From the sequence record MT074136.1: a stretch of 40,000 nt of DNA. One strand, written 5' to 3'. The notes under the pieces are model-generated. The model was not told the origin of the DNA. It made no database searches and worked only from the letters and a program-made list of their open reading frames with translations. Shown here piece after piece: positions 1 through 6,647 of the stretch. This DNA comes from Bacteroides phage DAC15. Every line of letters starts with the position of its first letter. Within the stretch, counting starts at the first letter, position 1. The position numbers were made by a program, and so were the translations under genes.

Positions 1-20
1 CCCAATCAAATACTCAGCTA

Positions 21-302
21 TTAAGCTTTCACTCTTACAATATCACTCTCTCCATCCTTCTCAAGAGTCACCAGTTCAGCCTTTGCCAAATCAATGGTAT
101 CACCTACTCCCAATGTGCTATCATTGCTCATTGGAATATACTTGTTACCACCAGCTATCATAGTGAACATAGCACTGTTTCCATACTCTGATGCTACTAC
201 TACAGCACTGGATACAGCAGCCAATTCTTCTGCTTCAAACTTTCTTGAACTCTTGAAATTCCACTTACCTGCATAGGTTCTTAAACTACTAAAAATGTTC
301 AT
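21..302 (-). CDS. small uncharacterised phage protein (93 aa), paralogue of 1003..1284
   Basis: ORF MNIFSSLRTYAGKWNFKSSRKF...; strong similarity to the second minus-strand ORF in the window. Confidence 0.8.
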   Translation of the reverse strand: MNIFSSLRTYAGKWNFKSSRKFEAEELAAVSSAVVVASEYGNSAMFTMIAGGNKYIPMSNDSTLGVGDTIDLAKAELVTLEKDGESDIVRVKA

Positions 303-958
303 AATGCTAATTGTTAAATGTTAATTGATATATGTTAGTTATAGTGTGCAAGCACACCAGGAGCTCAGGAGGAGTAATGAGCTATACTCTTAACTTATAG
401 CTAATGACTTATAGCTAATAACTCAACCCAACCAACCAAGGACAAGGGAGGAGTAATGAGCTGTGCTTATAACTGTTGTTGCTTACTTGTTGTTATGTAA
501 CCCACCAGAAGTAGTAAGTAAATAGAGGTTAATTATAAAACATAGCTATCAATAACCTCCCCAACATCTTAATTCTTCTGGTGCTATTGTTGATAGCTGA
601 TATACAAAACACCTAGTTGTTTTCATCTAAAATATGTTCAGTGCGAAGCACTGAACTAGGTCATAAATCACAGTCAATTTACACCCATTTATACCCCTCA
701 CTCATTAACATTTATTAGTATTAAACACCAATTATGAGTTGATATGCTATTTGAATCATACCTGATTGATTACTTGTTGTTGTCATCTAATGCATAAATG
801 ATATCAATTCAAGTAACAAATTGAGGTGTCTTCAAATGATGTTTGAGCACCTCTTCAAATGTCACTCCACAAAAAGTTGGACTATATATATAGTATATTA
901 TATAAATATAATATATAGTATTAGTAATAGTCCAGTTTCTTGTTGCATGCAAATAGGA

Positions 959-994
959 GAAAAAAGAATAGTGAGGGGTGAAACCCTCACTATT
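959..994 (-). terminator. rho-independent terminator of the leftward gene 1003..1284
   Basis: Perfect 11-bp stem AATAGTGAGGG/CCCTCACTATT (967-977/984-994), 6-nt loop, followed on the minus strand by CTTTTTTCT. Confidence 0.85.
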
Positions 995-1002
995 AATAGA
1001 TG

Positions 1003-1284
1003 TTAAATTGAAACTCTGATGATATCAGCTTCACCATCCTTACAAAGAGTGACTAATTTAGCCTTGGAGAGGTCAATGAATGTTCCAACAGGAACAGTGG
1101 AATCTCTATCCATTGGTATATACTTATCACCACCACTGACCATATGGAAACAACATGAGTTACCATACTCTGATGGAACAACAACTGCTTCCTTAACAAC
1201 AGAAAGCTCCTCTGGAGTAAACTCTCTACTAGATTTGAAACTCCATTTACCTGCATAACTCTTAAGTGTACTAAAGATATTCAT
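1003..1284 (-). CDS. small uncharacterised phage protein (93 aa), paralogue of 21..302
   Basis: MNIFSTLKSYAGKWSFKSSREF...; ORF track extends to 1356 but alignment to the paralogue places the start at 1284; followed by a strong terminator. Confidence 0.8.
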   Translation of the reverse strand: MNIFSTLKSYAGKWSFKSSREFTPEELSVVKEAVVVPSEYGNSCCFHMVSGGDKYIPMDRDSTVPVGTFIDLSKAKLVTLCKDGEADIIRVSI

Positions 1285-1539
1285 AACTGTATAATTTAAT
1301 TGGTTTATATTCAAATACTTAGGTGGAGTGATGAGCCTATAACTCATCACAACCAAGGTCCATAACTATAGAGTCCAGTCTGAACTCAAGATACTTATTC
1401 TCTTGAGAGAGGTGATGAACCTCTCTCATAGCACTGCATAAACAGAGTGCCATAGCCAGTAGTACTGACAACATAACAATAGTCTTCATAAGATGTAAGT
1501 TTAATGATTCAAGAATATGGGAGAAGTAATGAGCAAGTG

Positions 1540-1731
1540 TTATCTAGTGTGGATATCCCATCTATGAATAACTAAATTCTCTAACTCCTCAACATCTACT
1601 TCATAATAGAATGCAGCATCACTACACACATCATGGAATTTACTGTATAGTATGATCTCAGCAATATGTAGATCATAGACTGACTCTAATGATGTCAGCA
1701 GTGCTTCAGGCAATGTACTTAACTCTTTCAT
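1540..1731 (-). CDS. small hypothetical protein (63 aa)
   Basis: ORF MKELSTLPEALLTSLESVYDLHIAEIILYSKFHD...; acidic protein-like composition, same direction as neighbouring leftward genes. Confidence 0.5.
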   Translation of the reverse strand: MKELSTLPEALLTSLESVYDLHIAEIILYSKFHDVCSDAAFYYEVDVEELENLVIHRWDIHTR

Positions 1732-1908
1732 AATAGATAATTTTAATGATTAATACTCAGATGCATGAATGGAGTAATCCCTCTCAAACATGGCAGGGGG
1801 TATAACCCCAAACTCAAAACCAAGGGGGGACCATGAGTTAATTAGAACCCACACCTACACATCAAAAACACTCTCTAGAAAATAAAATAAAAAAAAAATC
1901 AATTATAT

Positions 1909-1939
1909 TTGGAATTGTGGATTAAATTACATATCTTTG
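1909..1939 (+). promoter_or_regulatory. Bacteroidales-type promoter (-33 TTG, N20, -7 TATCTTTG)
   Basis: TTG 1909-1911, TATCTTTG 1932-1939; 20 nt upstream of CDS start 1960; A-rich tract just upstream. Confidence 0.85.
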
Positions 1940-1959
1940 CAGTATAATTACATAGAACT

Positions 1960-2382
1960 ATGAATAAAGTATTGAAGTTTGTAAATGATTGGATATGGCA
2001 ATTACCACAGAATCTAATAGGTCTTGGATACAAAGCCATCATTAGTAAAGACATCATTAGTAGAGTACAAGAAGATGCTGAGTATGAATGCTATCTGAAG
2101 AGAAGTAATGGTGGAGTAACACTAGGCAAGTATATCTTTGTGTATCAGAGATACAGTGATCTGGCTATGACTATTAAACATGAGAGTGGGCATGTTAAAC
2201 AATCAAAGATACTAGGACCATTCTATTTACTAGTGATTGGTTTACCCTCAATTGTACATGCAGCTATGCATAGAACTACATGTAAGAATACTAACTACTA
2301 TCACTTCTACACTGAGAAGTGGGCTAATAAGCTAGCTGGACTTACAGTTGTTAACAACAAGTTAGTCTCTAAGGAGTGTTAG
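1960..2382 (+). CDS. putative metallopeptidase-like protein with HExxH motif and hydrophobic segment
   Basis: TIKHESGHVKQ (HExxH), downstream YTEKWANKLAGL with a possible third ligand Glu, and hydrophobic stretch ILGPFYLLVIGLP. Confidence 0.65.
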   Translation: MNKVLKFVNDWIWQLPQNLIGLGYKAIISKDIISRVQEDAEYECYLKRSNGGVTLGKYIFVYQRYSDLAMTIKHESGHVKQSKILGPFYLLVIGLPSIVHAAMHRTTCKNTNYYHFYTEKWANKLAGLTVVNNKLVSKEC

Positions 2383-2480
2383 AGAAAAGTAGTTTTAGTG
2401 GACAAGCCACTTAATAAAGACTTCTGGTGGTATAGAATGCACTGAGAGTCAATGACTTGACATTTGTTAACACTAAGTAT

Positions 2481-2511
2481 TTGCATATCTCAAGTATTTT
2501 ACATACCTTTG
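2481..2511 (+). promoter_or_regulatory. Bacteroidales-type promoter driving the tRNA array
   Basis: TTG 2481-2483, N20, TACCTTTG 2504-2511; first tRNA starts at 2607. Confidence 0.8.
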
Positions 2512-2606
2512 CAGAGAAGTAAGAATAGTATATAGGGGGATACAGACTCCATTTCAATGAGCTTGATGACACCTAAAATTGTATATTTGAACTGTATCCC
2601 CTACAT

Positions 2607-2679
2607 TGCTCCATAGTGTAACTGGTTATCACATGAGATTTTGGCTCTCATAATATTGGTTCAAGTCCAATTGGAGTAA
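2607..2679 (+). tRNA. tRNA-Gln(TTG)
   Basis: Acceptor TGCTCCA/TGGAGTA, anticodon arm TGAGA-TTTTGGC-TCTCA, T arm ATTGG-TTCAAGT-CCAAT. Confidence 0.9.
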
Positions 2680-2761
2680 CTTTGGATTGTTTTCATAATG
2701 TTAAAGAATGGGATTTCACTCATAGCTATATTGGTCTGTGAAGATAGATATAGCTTCTTAT

Positions 2762-2835
2762 GTTGGGTTGGACAAGCTGGTTAAGTCACCACCCTTTCAA
2801 GGTGGTCATCATGGGTTCAAATCCCATACCCAATA
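2762..2835 (+). tRNA. tRNA-Glu(TTC)
   Basis: Acceptor GTTGGGT/ACCCAAT, anticodon arm CCACC-CTTTCAA-GGTGG, T arm ATGGG-TTCAAAT-CCCAT. Confidence 0.9.
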
Positions 2836-3010
2836 CAATAGTACTCAAGCTTCCTTCTGTAAATGGTTCTCTAGAGAAGAGAATGGCGCACATTTGCAGA
2901 TAGCTCAAATGGAGTTCATACCTGAAGGCTTACTACTTAAGCTCTTTTAAGTTGGATGGTATGGGGAGCCATAGTATAGCAGGCTCTACACTAATGGTGC
3001 TATACAACAC

Positions 3011-3083
3011 ATAGGTGTAATTCAGTTGGTAGAATGCTAGCTTTGGGAGCTAGTTGTCCTAGGTTCGAGCCCTAGTACCTATA
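3011..3083 (+). tRNA. tRNA-Pro(TGG)
   Basis: Acceptor ATAGGTG/TACCTAT, anticodon arm CTAGC-TTTGGGA-GCTAG, T arm CTAGG-TTCGAGC-CCTAG. Confidence 0.9.
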
Positions 3084-3158
3084 CTATTAGTGCTCACACA
3101 GAGTCCACTAAGAATGGAAGTTAAGGAGTTGTAACCAAATAAAAATAAACTCCAGCAT

Positions 3159-3232
3159 GGGTCCTGTAGTGTAATTGGCTAACACTTCTCACTTGCACTG
3201 AGACATTGGGGTTCAAGTCCCACAGGTATCCA
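3159..3232 (+). tRNA. tRNA-Ala(TGC), atypical acceptor/T arm
   Basis: Anticodon arm TCTCA-CTTGCAC-TGAGA and D arm TAGTGTAATTGG...ACAC are good; acceptor GGGTCCT pairs AGG(T)ATCC only with a bulged T, retaining a G3:U70-like pair. Confidence 0.65.
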
Positions 3233-3281
3233 CTCACTTATTTCATGTTTTCATAATTTAGTGTTTGATTTTTCAGCTTTG

Positions 3282-3312
3282 GGGGTGTGCTTTAACACCC
3301 CTGTTTGTATTT
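3282..3312 (+). terminator. terminator-like hairpin inside the tRNA array
   Basis: GGGGTGT-GCTTTA-ACACCCC followed by an imperfect T-rich run TGTTTGTATTTT, immediately before tRNA-Asn. Confidence 0.35.
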
Positions 3313-3384
3313 TGCTGTGTAGCTCAAAGGAGGAGCACTTGTCTGTTAAACAAGAGGTTGAGATGTCGTAATTCTCCACAGCAG
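3313..3384 (+). tRNA. tRNA-Asn(GTT)
   Basis: Acceptor TGCTGTG/CACAGCA with G73, D stem GCTC/GAGC, anticodon arm CTTGT-CTGTTAA-ACAAG; T loop atypical (GTCGTAA). Confidence 0.85.
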
Positions 3385-3401
3385 CTATAAGTGATAAAGT
3401 A

Positions 3402-3761
3402 ATGAAAGTATGCTCTAGACATAGATTATCTAAGCATTTCCTTGATAGCTCAGGCAGAGCTAGATGTATGAAATGTAGAGTGGAAGCTGTTCAGAGGAGA
3501 AGAGATAAGGTTAAGCAACTAGCTGTAGAGTATAAAGGAGGTAAATGCATAATATGTGGATATGATAACTACATAGGAGCACTAGAGTTCCATCATTTAG
3601 ACCCCAAACAGAAAGAGTTTGGAATTAGTACTAAAGGTTATACTAGAGGTATGGAGACTATTAAAAGAGAGCTGGATAAGTGCATTCTTGTTTGCTCTAA
3701 TTGTCATAAGGAAATTCATGCAGGTTTGATAAAGTTAGATGAAATAGGGAGGATTATATGA
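3402..3761 (+). CDS. HNH endonuclease
   Basis: CIICGYDNYIGALEFHHLDPKQKEFG...CILVCSNCHKEIHAG: CxxC...HH...CxxCHxxIH motif. Confidence 0.9.
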   Translation: MKVCSRHRLSKHFLDSSGRARCMKCRVEAVQRRRDKVKQLAVEYKGGKCIICGYDNYIGALEFHHLDPKQKEFGISTKGYTRGMETIKRELDKCILVCSNCHKEIHAGLIKLDEIGRII

Positions 3762-4063
3762 TTATACAAGTAGAAGACAGAAGAAAGATTAAGAAGGTTC
3801 ATTTTAAGAGCTCAGAGTTATTCAGACCTGAAGCTGAACAGATGGTTATTGATCTTTATAATAACATTATTGAGACTGAAGATCAGCTGAATAAAGCTAG
3901 AGAGTTAGTAAGAAGTCTAGAGAAGGAAGTTAAGGAGAAGAAGATGAAGTTTTCATGTCTGGAAGGTCTGTTTGAATTAGAATTTGAGACTAAAGAACAG
4001 GAGAGAGTGGAAACTCAGAGAGTTATGTTGGGTATAGTTAATCCAGGAGACCCAAGTAACTGA
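3758..4063 (+). CDS. small hypothetical coiled-coil protein
   Basis: ORF overlapping the HNH stop by 4 nt; charged helical sequence. Confidence 0.65.
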   Translation: MIIQVEDRRKIKKVHFKSSELFRPEAEQMVIDLYNNIIETEDQLNKARELVRSLEKEVKEKKMKFSCLEGLFELEFETKEQERVETQRVMLGIVNPGDPSN

Positions 4064-4072
4064 TAAATGTAT

Positions 4073-4146
4073 TGAGATGTAGCTCAGTTGGTTAGAGCAC
4101 CACTCTGATAAGGTGGGAGTCAGGAGTTCAAGTCTCTTCATCTCAA
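4073..4146 (+). tRNA. tRNA-Ile(GAT)
   Basis: Acceptor TGAGATG/CATCTCA, anticodon arm CCACT-CTGATAA-GGTGG, T arm AGGAG-TTCAAGT-CTCTT. Confidence 0.9.
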
Positions 4147-4148
4147 CT

Positions 4149-4219
4149 GTGTAGTTAGCTTAATTGGTAAAGTACTGGATTGTGGCTCCAGAGGATAGAG
4201 TTCAAATCTCTGCTACACC
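4149..4219 (+). tRNA. tRNA-His(GTG)
   Basis: Acceptor GTGTAGT/GCTACAC with C73, anticodon arm CTGGA-TTGTGGC-TCCAG. Confidence 0.9.
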
Positions 4220-4233
4220 CTAAGGTCATCAAT

Positions 4234-4307
4234 GCTGAGGTAGCACAACTGGTAAATGCAGGAATCTTATACATTCAAGACAGTAGGTTCAAGTCCTACC
4301 CTCAGTA
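4234..4307 (+). tRNA. tRNA-Ile(TAT)
   Basis: Acceptor GCTGAGG/CCTCAGT, D stem GCAC/ATGC, anticodon arm GGAAT-CTTATAC-ATTCA (one G:A mismatch), T arm GTAGG-TTCAAGT-CCTAC. Confidence 0.85.
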
Positions 4308-4313
4308 CTATAA

Positions 4314-4386
4314 TATCCCATAGCTCAATAGGTAGAGTAACTGGCTTTTAACCAGTGGGTTCTGAGTTCAAGCCTCAGTGGGATAA
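4314..4386 (+). tRNA. tRNA-Lys(TTT)
   Basis: Acceptor TATCCCA/TGGGATA, anticodon arm ACTGG-CTTTTAA-CCAGT, T arm CTGAG-TTCAAGC-CTCAG. Confidence 0.93.
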
Positions 4387-4391
4387 CATTT

Positions 4392-4473
4392 GGGAGTACT
4401 TTAATGTGGTGAATTAGTTTAGACTGTAAATCTAATGCCTCTGGCTATGTGAGTTCAATTCTCTCTACTCCCA
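4392..4473 (+). tRNA. tRNA-Tyr(GTA)
   Basis: Acceptor GGGAGTA/TACTCCC, anticodon arm TTAGA-CTGTAAA-TCTAA, long variable arm TGCCTCTGGCTAT. Confidence 0.88.
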
Positions 4474-4479
4474 CTTTAT

Positions 4480-4554
4480 GCCCTCTTGGTGGAATGGTTA
4501 AGACACACTAGATTTAGGCTCTAGGCATTGTAGGTTCGACTCCTACAGGGGGCA
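4480..4554 (+). tRNA. tRNA-Leu(TAG), short variable loop
   Basis: Acceptor GCCCTCT/AGGGGGC, anticodon arm CTAGA-TTTAGGC-TCTAG, variable loop only GCATT, T arm GTAGG-TTCGACT-CCTAC. Confidence 0.88.
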
Positions 4555-4575
4555 CACATTCTTAAACTTAAATGT

Positions 4576-5484
4576 ATGACAGAAACTGAAATTCTTGATA
4601 GGTTGAAAGCTAAACCATATTTAATGAATATGGGAGCAGGAAACCTAGCCAAGCTGTTTAAGGTAAAGAGAGATACTATATACAAGTTAAAGTCACAGGT
4701 TAGGAGTAACCTCCCTAAGATACTTATATTTGATATAGAGACTTCACCAATGAAGGCTTATGTATGGTCAAGATGGAAGCAGAACATTCATCTGGAACAG
4801 ACTCTGGCAGAGTGGTTTTGTATTAGCTGGTCAGCTAAGTGGTTATATGCAGATGAGACCATGCATGATGTGCTTACACCTGAAGAGATTCTGAAGGAGG
4901 ATGATAAGAGAATCATGGCTAGACTCTGGCAGCTATTTGATGAGGCTGACATCATCATTGCACATAATGGCATTGACTTTGATATACCTAGGTGTAATAG
5001 TAGATTCATTCTGCTAGGGTTCCCACCTCCTAGTACATATCAAGTAATTGATACTAAGAGAGTTGCAGCTAAGCAGTTTGGATTTAGCTCTAATAAGCTA
5101 GATGCACTTGCAGGATATTTTGGTATAGAACATAAGATGGATACAGACTTTGAGCTGTGGGCTAAGTGTATGATGGGAGATAAAGAAGCTCTTGGATACA
5201 TGGAGATGTATAATATCAAAGACACTGAAATACTTGAAGAAGTATATCTTAAGCTAAGACCTTGGATAAAGAACCATCCTAATGTTGGAATGTACCTTGA
5301 TTCTAAAGAACCTATATGTGCTAGCTGTGGAAGTCATGAGCTTACACCCATAGATAAGTACCATTATACTCAGACAGCCAAGTACCAGCTATACAGATGT
5401 AAGTGTGGTGCATTAAGTAGAGGAAGGGTCAATCTGTTAGATAAAGTTAAAATGAAGAGTTTAGTGACTAGAATACCAAAATAA
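4576..5484 (+). CDS. DnaQ-like (RNase H-fold) 3'-5' exonuclease with C-terminal zinc-ribbon-like segment
   Basis: ILIFDIETSP (DxE), IIIAHNGIDFDIP, YNIKDTEILEEVY motifs; C-terminal CASCGSHE...YRCKCGA. Confidence 0.8.
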   Translation: MTETEILDRLKAKPYLMNMGAGNLAKLFKVKRDTIYKLKSQVRSNLPKILIFDIETSPMKAYVWSRWKQNIHLEQTLAEWFCISWSAKWLYADETMHDVLTPEEILKEDDKRIMARLWQLFDEADIIIAHNGIDFDIPRCNSRFILLGFPPPSTYQVIDTKRVAAKQFGFSSNKLDALAGYFGIEHKMDTDFELWAKCMMGDKEALGYMEMYNIKDTEILEEVYLKLRPWIKNHPNVGMYLDSKEPICASCGSHELTPIDKYHYTQTAKYQLYRCKCGALSRGRVNLLDKVKMKSLVTRIPK

Positions 5485-5498
5485 ACTATCATTTTACT

Positions 5499-5529
5499 TG
5501 CACAGTTCATATAAAATACATATCTTTGT
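5499..5529 (+). promoter_or_regulatory. Bacteroidales-type promoter
   Basis: TTG 5499-5501, N20, TATCTTTG 5522-5529; 20 nt upstream of CDS start 5549. Confidence 0.85.
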
Positions 5530-5548
5530 AACATCAAATAAGAGATAA

Positions 5549-6001
5549 ATGGAGACATTATTAACCACTATATATGATGAGGAAGAGACTCACTCTAGAA
5601 GTAGTATATTCAACTTCTTCCTTACATATGTTAATGTGCTGGAAGGCATAAAGACACAGATAAAGAATGTTCATTGGGCTTCACTTAGATTGCCTAATAG
5701 TGATAAGAGAGGAGCACATTTATACCTTGATGACTTCCTTGAAGTAGTAGGAAACTTCCAAGACCTAGTAGCTGAATCAGTTATGGGAATAACTGGAGAA
5801 TCATTTGAATTTAACACTGTTAGAGGTGTTCCATTCCCTGCTTCAAGTACAGATGAACTCATCAAGTATATACAAAACAAGACAGTAGAGTTTTATGATG
5901 CAATACCTAAAGAGACTATCTATGCAGGTATTAAGTCAGAGACAGAGACTTTCATACTGAATATCAATCAATATGTATTCAGATTTAAGTTAACAGACTG
6001 A
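5549..6001 (+). CDS. Dps/ferritin-like helical protein, conserved in crAss-like phages
   Basis: Helical sequence with IKNVHWAS motif resembling the Dps-type K..HW; inferred, not tested by search. Confidence 0.5.
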   Translation: METLLTTIYDEEETHSRSSIFNFFLTYVNVLEGIKTQIKNVHWASLRLPNSDKRGAHLYLDDFLEVVGNFQDLVAESVMGITGESFEFNTVRGVPFPASSTDELIKYIQNKTVEFYDAIPKETIYAGIKSETETFILNINQYVFRFKLTD

Positions 6002-6002
6002 T

Positions 6003-6076
6003 AACCTGGTGGTGCAACTGGTAGACACAATAGGTTTAAGCCCTATGGGTTGGGGGTTCAATTCCCCCTCAGGTTA
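6003..6076 (+). tRNA. tRNA-Leu(TAA), short variable loop
   Basis: Acceptor AACCTGG/TCAGGTT, anticodon arm ATAGG-TTTAAGC-CCTAT, variable loop only GGGTT, T arm GGGGG-TTCAATT-CCCCC. Confidence 0.88.
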
Positions 6077-6091
6077 CTTAAGATATATAAA

Positions 6092-6382
6092 ATGTGGAAA
6101 GATAAAGAAGTGAGAAGAAGGAAGGTTAATGAGATGAGGCACTCTAGGATGAAGTTCCTAAGAGACTATAAGAAAGATAAATGCTGCGCTCATTGTGGGT
6201 GGAATGAACACCCTGAGATATTAAACTTCCACCATCTAGATCCTAGTAAGAAAGAGTTTGGGTTTGCAGGTAGTGCTATTGGTAATCTAAGTTTAAAGAG
6301 AATAATAGATGAAATTGATAAGTGCATACTGTTATGTCCGAACTGTCATCAGTGGTTACACTATCAGGAAACAGCAATATAA
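6092..6382 (+). CDS. HNH endonuclease (paralogue of 3402..3761)
   Basis: CAHCGWNEHPEILNFHHLDPSKKEFG...CILLCPNCHQWLH; the listed start 6050 overlaps tRNA-Leu, ATG at 6092 is more likely. Confidence 0.9.
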   Translation: MWKDKEVRRRKVNEMRHSRMKFLRDYKKDKCCAHCGWNEHPEILNFHHLDPSKKEFGFAGSAIGNLSLKRIIDEIDKCILLCPNCHQWLHYQETAI

Positions 6383-6383
6383 T

Positions 6384-6452
6384 TGTGAGGAGGATTGGTA
6401 TCCCACTAAGGCTCATAACCTTAGCAAGTAAGTTCGATTCTTGCCCTCGCAA
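6384..6452 (+). tRNA. tRNA-Met(CAT), short D arm
   Basis: Acceptor TGTGAGG/CCTCGCA, anticodon arm TAAGG-CTCATAA-CCTTA, T arm GTAAG-TTCGATT-CTTGC; D region shortened (AGGATTGGTATCCCAC). Confidence 0.8.
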
Positions 6453-6471
6453 CTAAAAATATCAAAGCAAT

Positions 6472-6636
6472 ATGGCAAAGGAAGAGAAGAAAGAAGAATC
6501 AACCTATATGGTGGCTATAGATAGACCCACCATAAGAGGTATTGTTCAAGCAGCTAATGACTTGGAGATTAAGAAAGAACAAATAGTATCACTGGTAAAA
6601 CAGGGTGAGCAGTATGTTCTAGTATATTATGCTTAA
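6472..6636 (+). CDS. small hypothetical protein (54 aa)
   Basis: MAKEEKKEESTYMVAIDRPTIRGIVQAANDLEIKKEQIVSLVKQGEQYVLVYYA; fills the gap between tRNA-Met and the next ORF. Confidence 0.6.
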   Translation: MAKEEKKEESTYMVAIDRPTIRGIVQAANDLEIKKEQIVSLVKQGEQYVLVYYA

Positions 6637-6647
6637 ATATAGAAAAC

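Noticed and set aside
1-500. Bacteroidales-type promoter on the minus strand for the leftward genes
   Set aside because: I scanned for CAAANNTA-N20-CAA in 1-1960 and found no match at the expected spacing.
2738-2950. 70-aa plus-strand ORF over tRNA-Glu
   Set aside because: It overlaps a well-formed tRNA-Glu(TTC) and has no convincing RBS; likely spurious.
4480-4554. Possible amber suppressor tRNA because the anticodon reads TAG
   Set aside because: Anticodon 5'-UAG decodes CUA (Leu). An amber suppressor would need anticodon CUA. TAA and TAG both serve as normal stops in this window.
5549-6001. Confident assignment as DNA-protecting Dps
   Set aside because: Only the HW-containing helix resembles Dps; metal-ligand pattern not established, so kept as a low-confidence fold suggestion.
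6050-6091. N-terminal extension MGVQFPLRLLKIYK of the second HNH ORF
   Set aside because: It is encoded by the 3' half of tRNA-Leu(TAA); the true start is most likely 6092.
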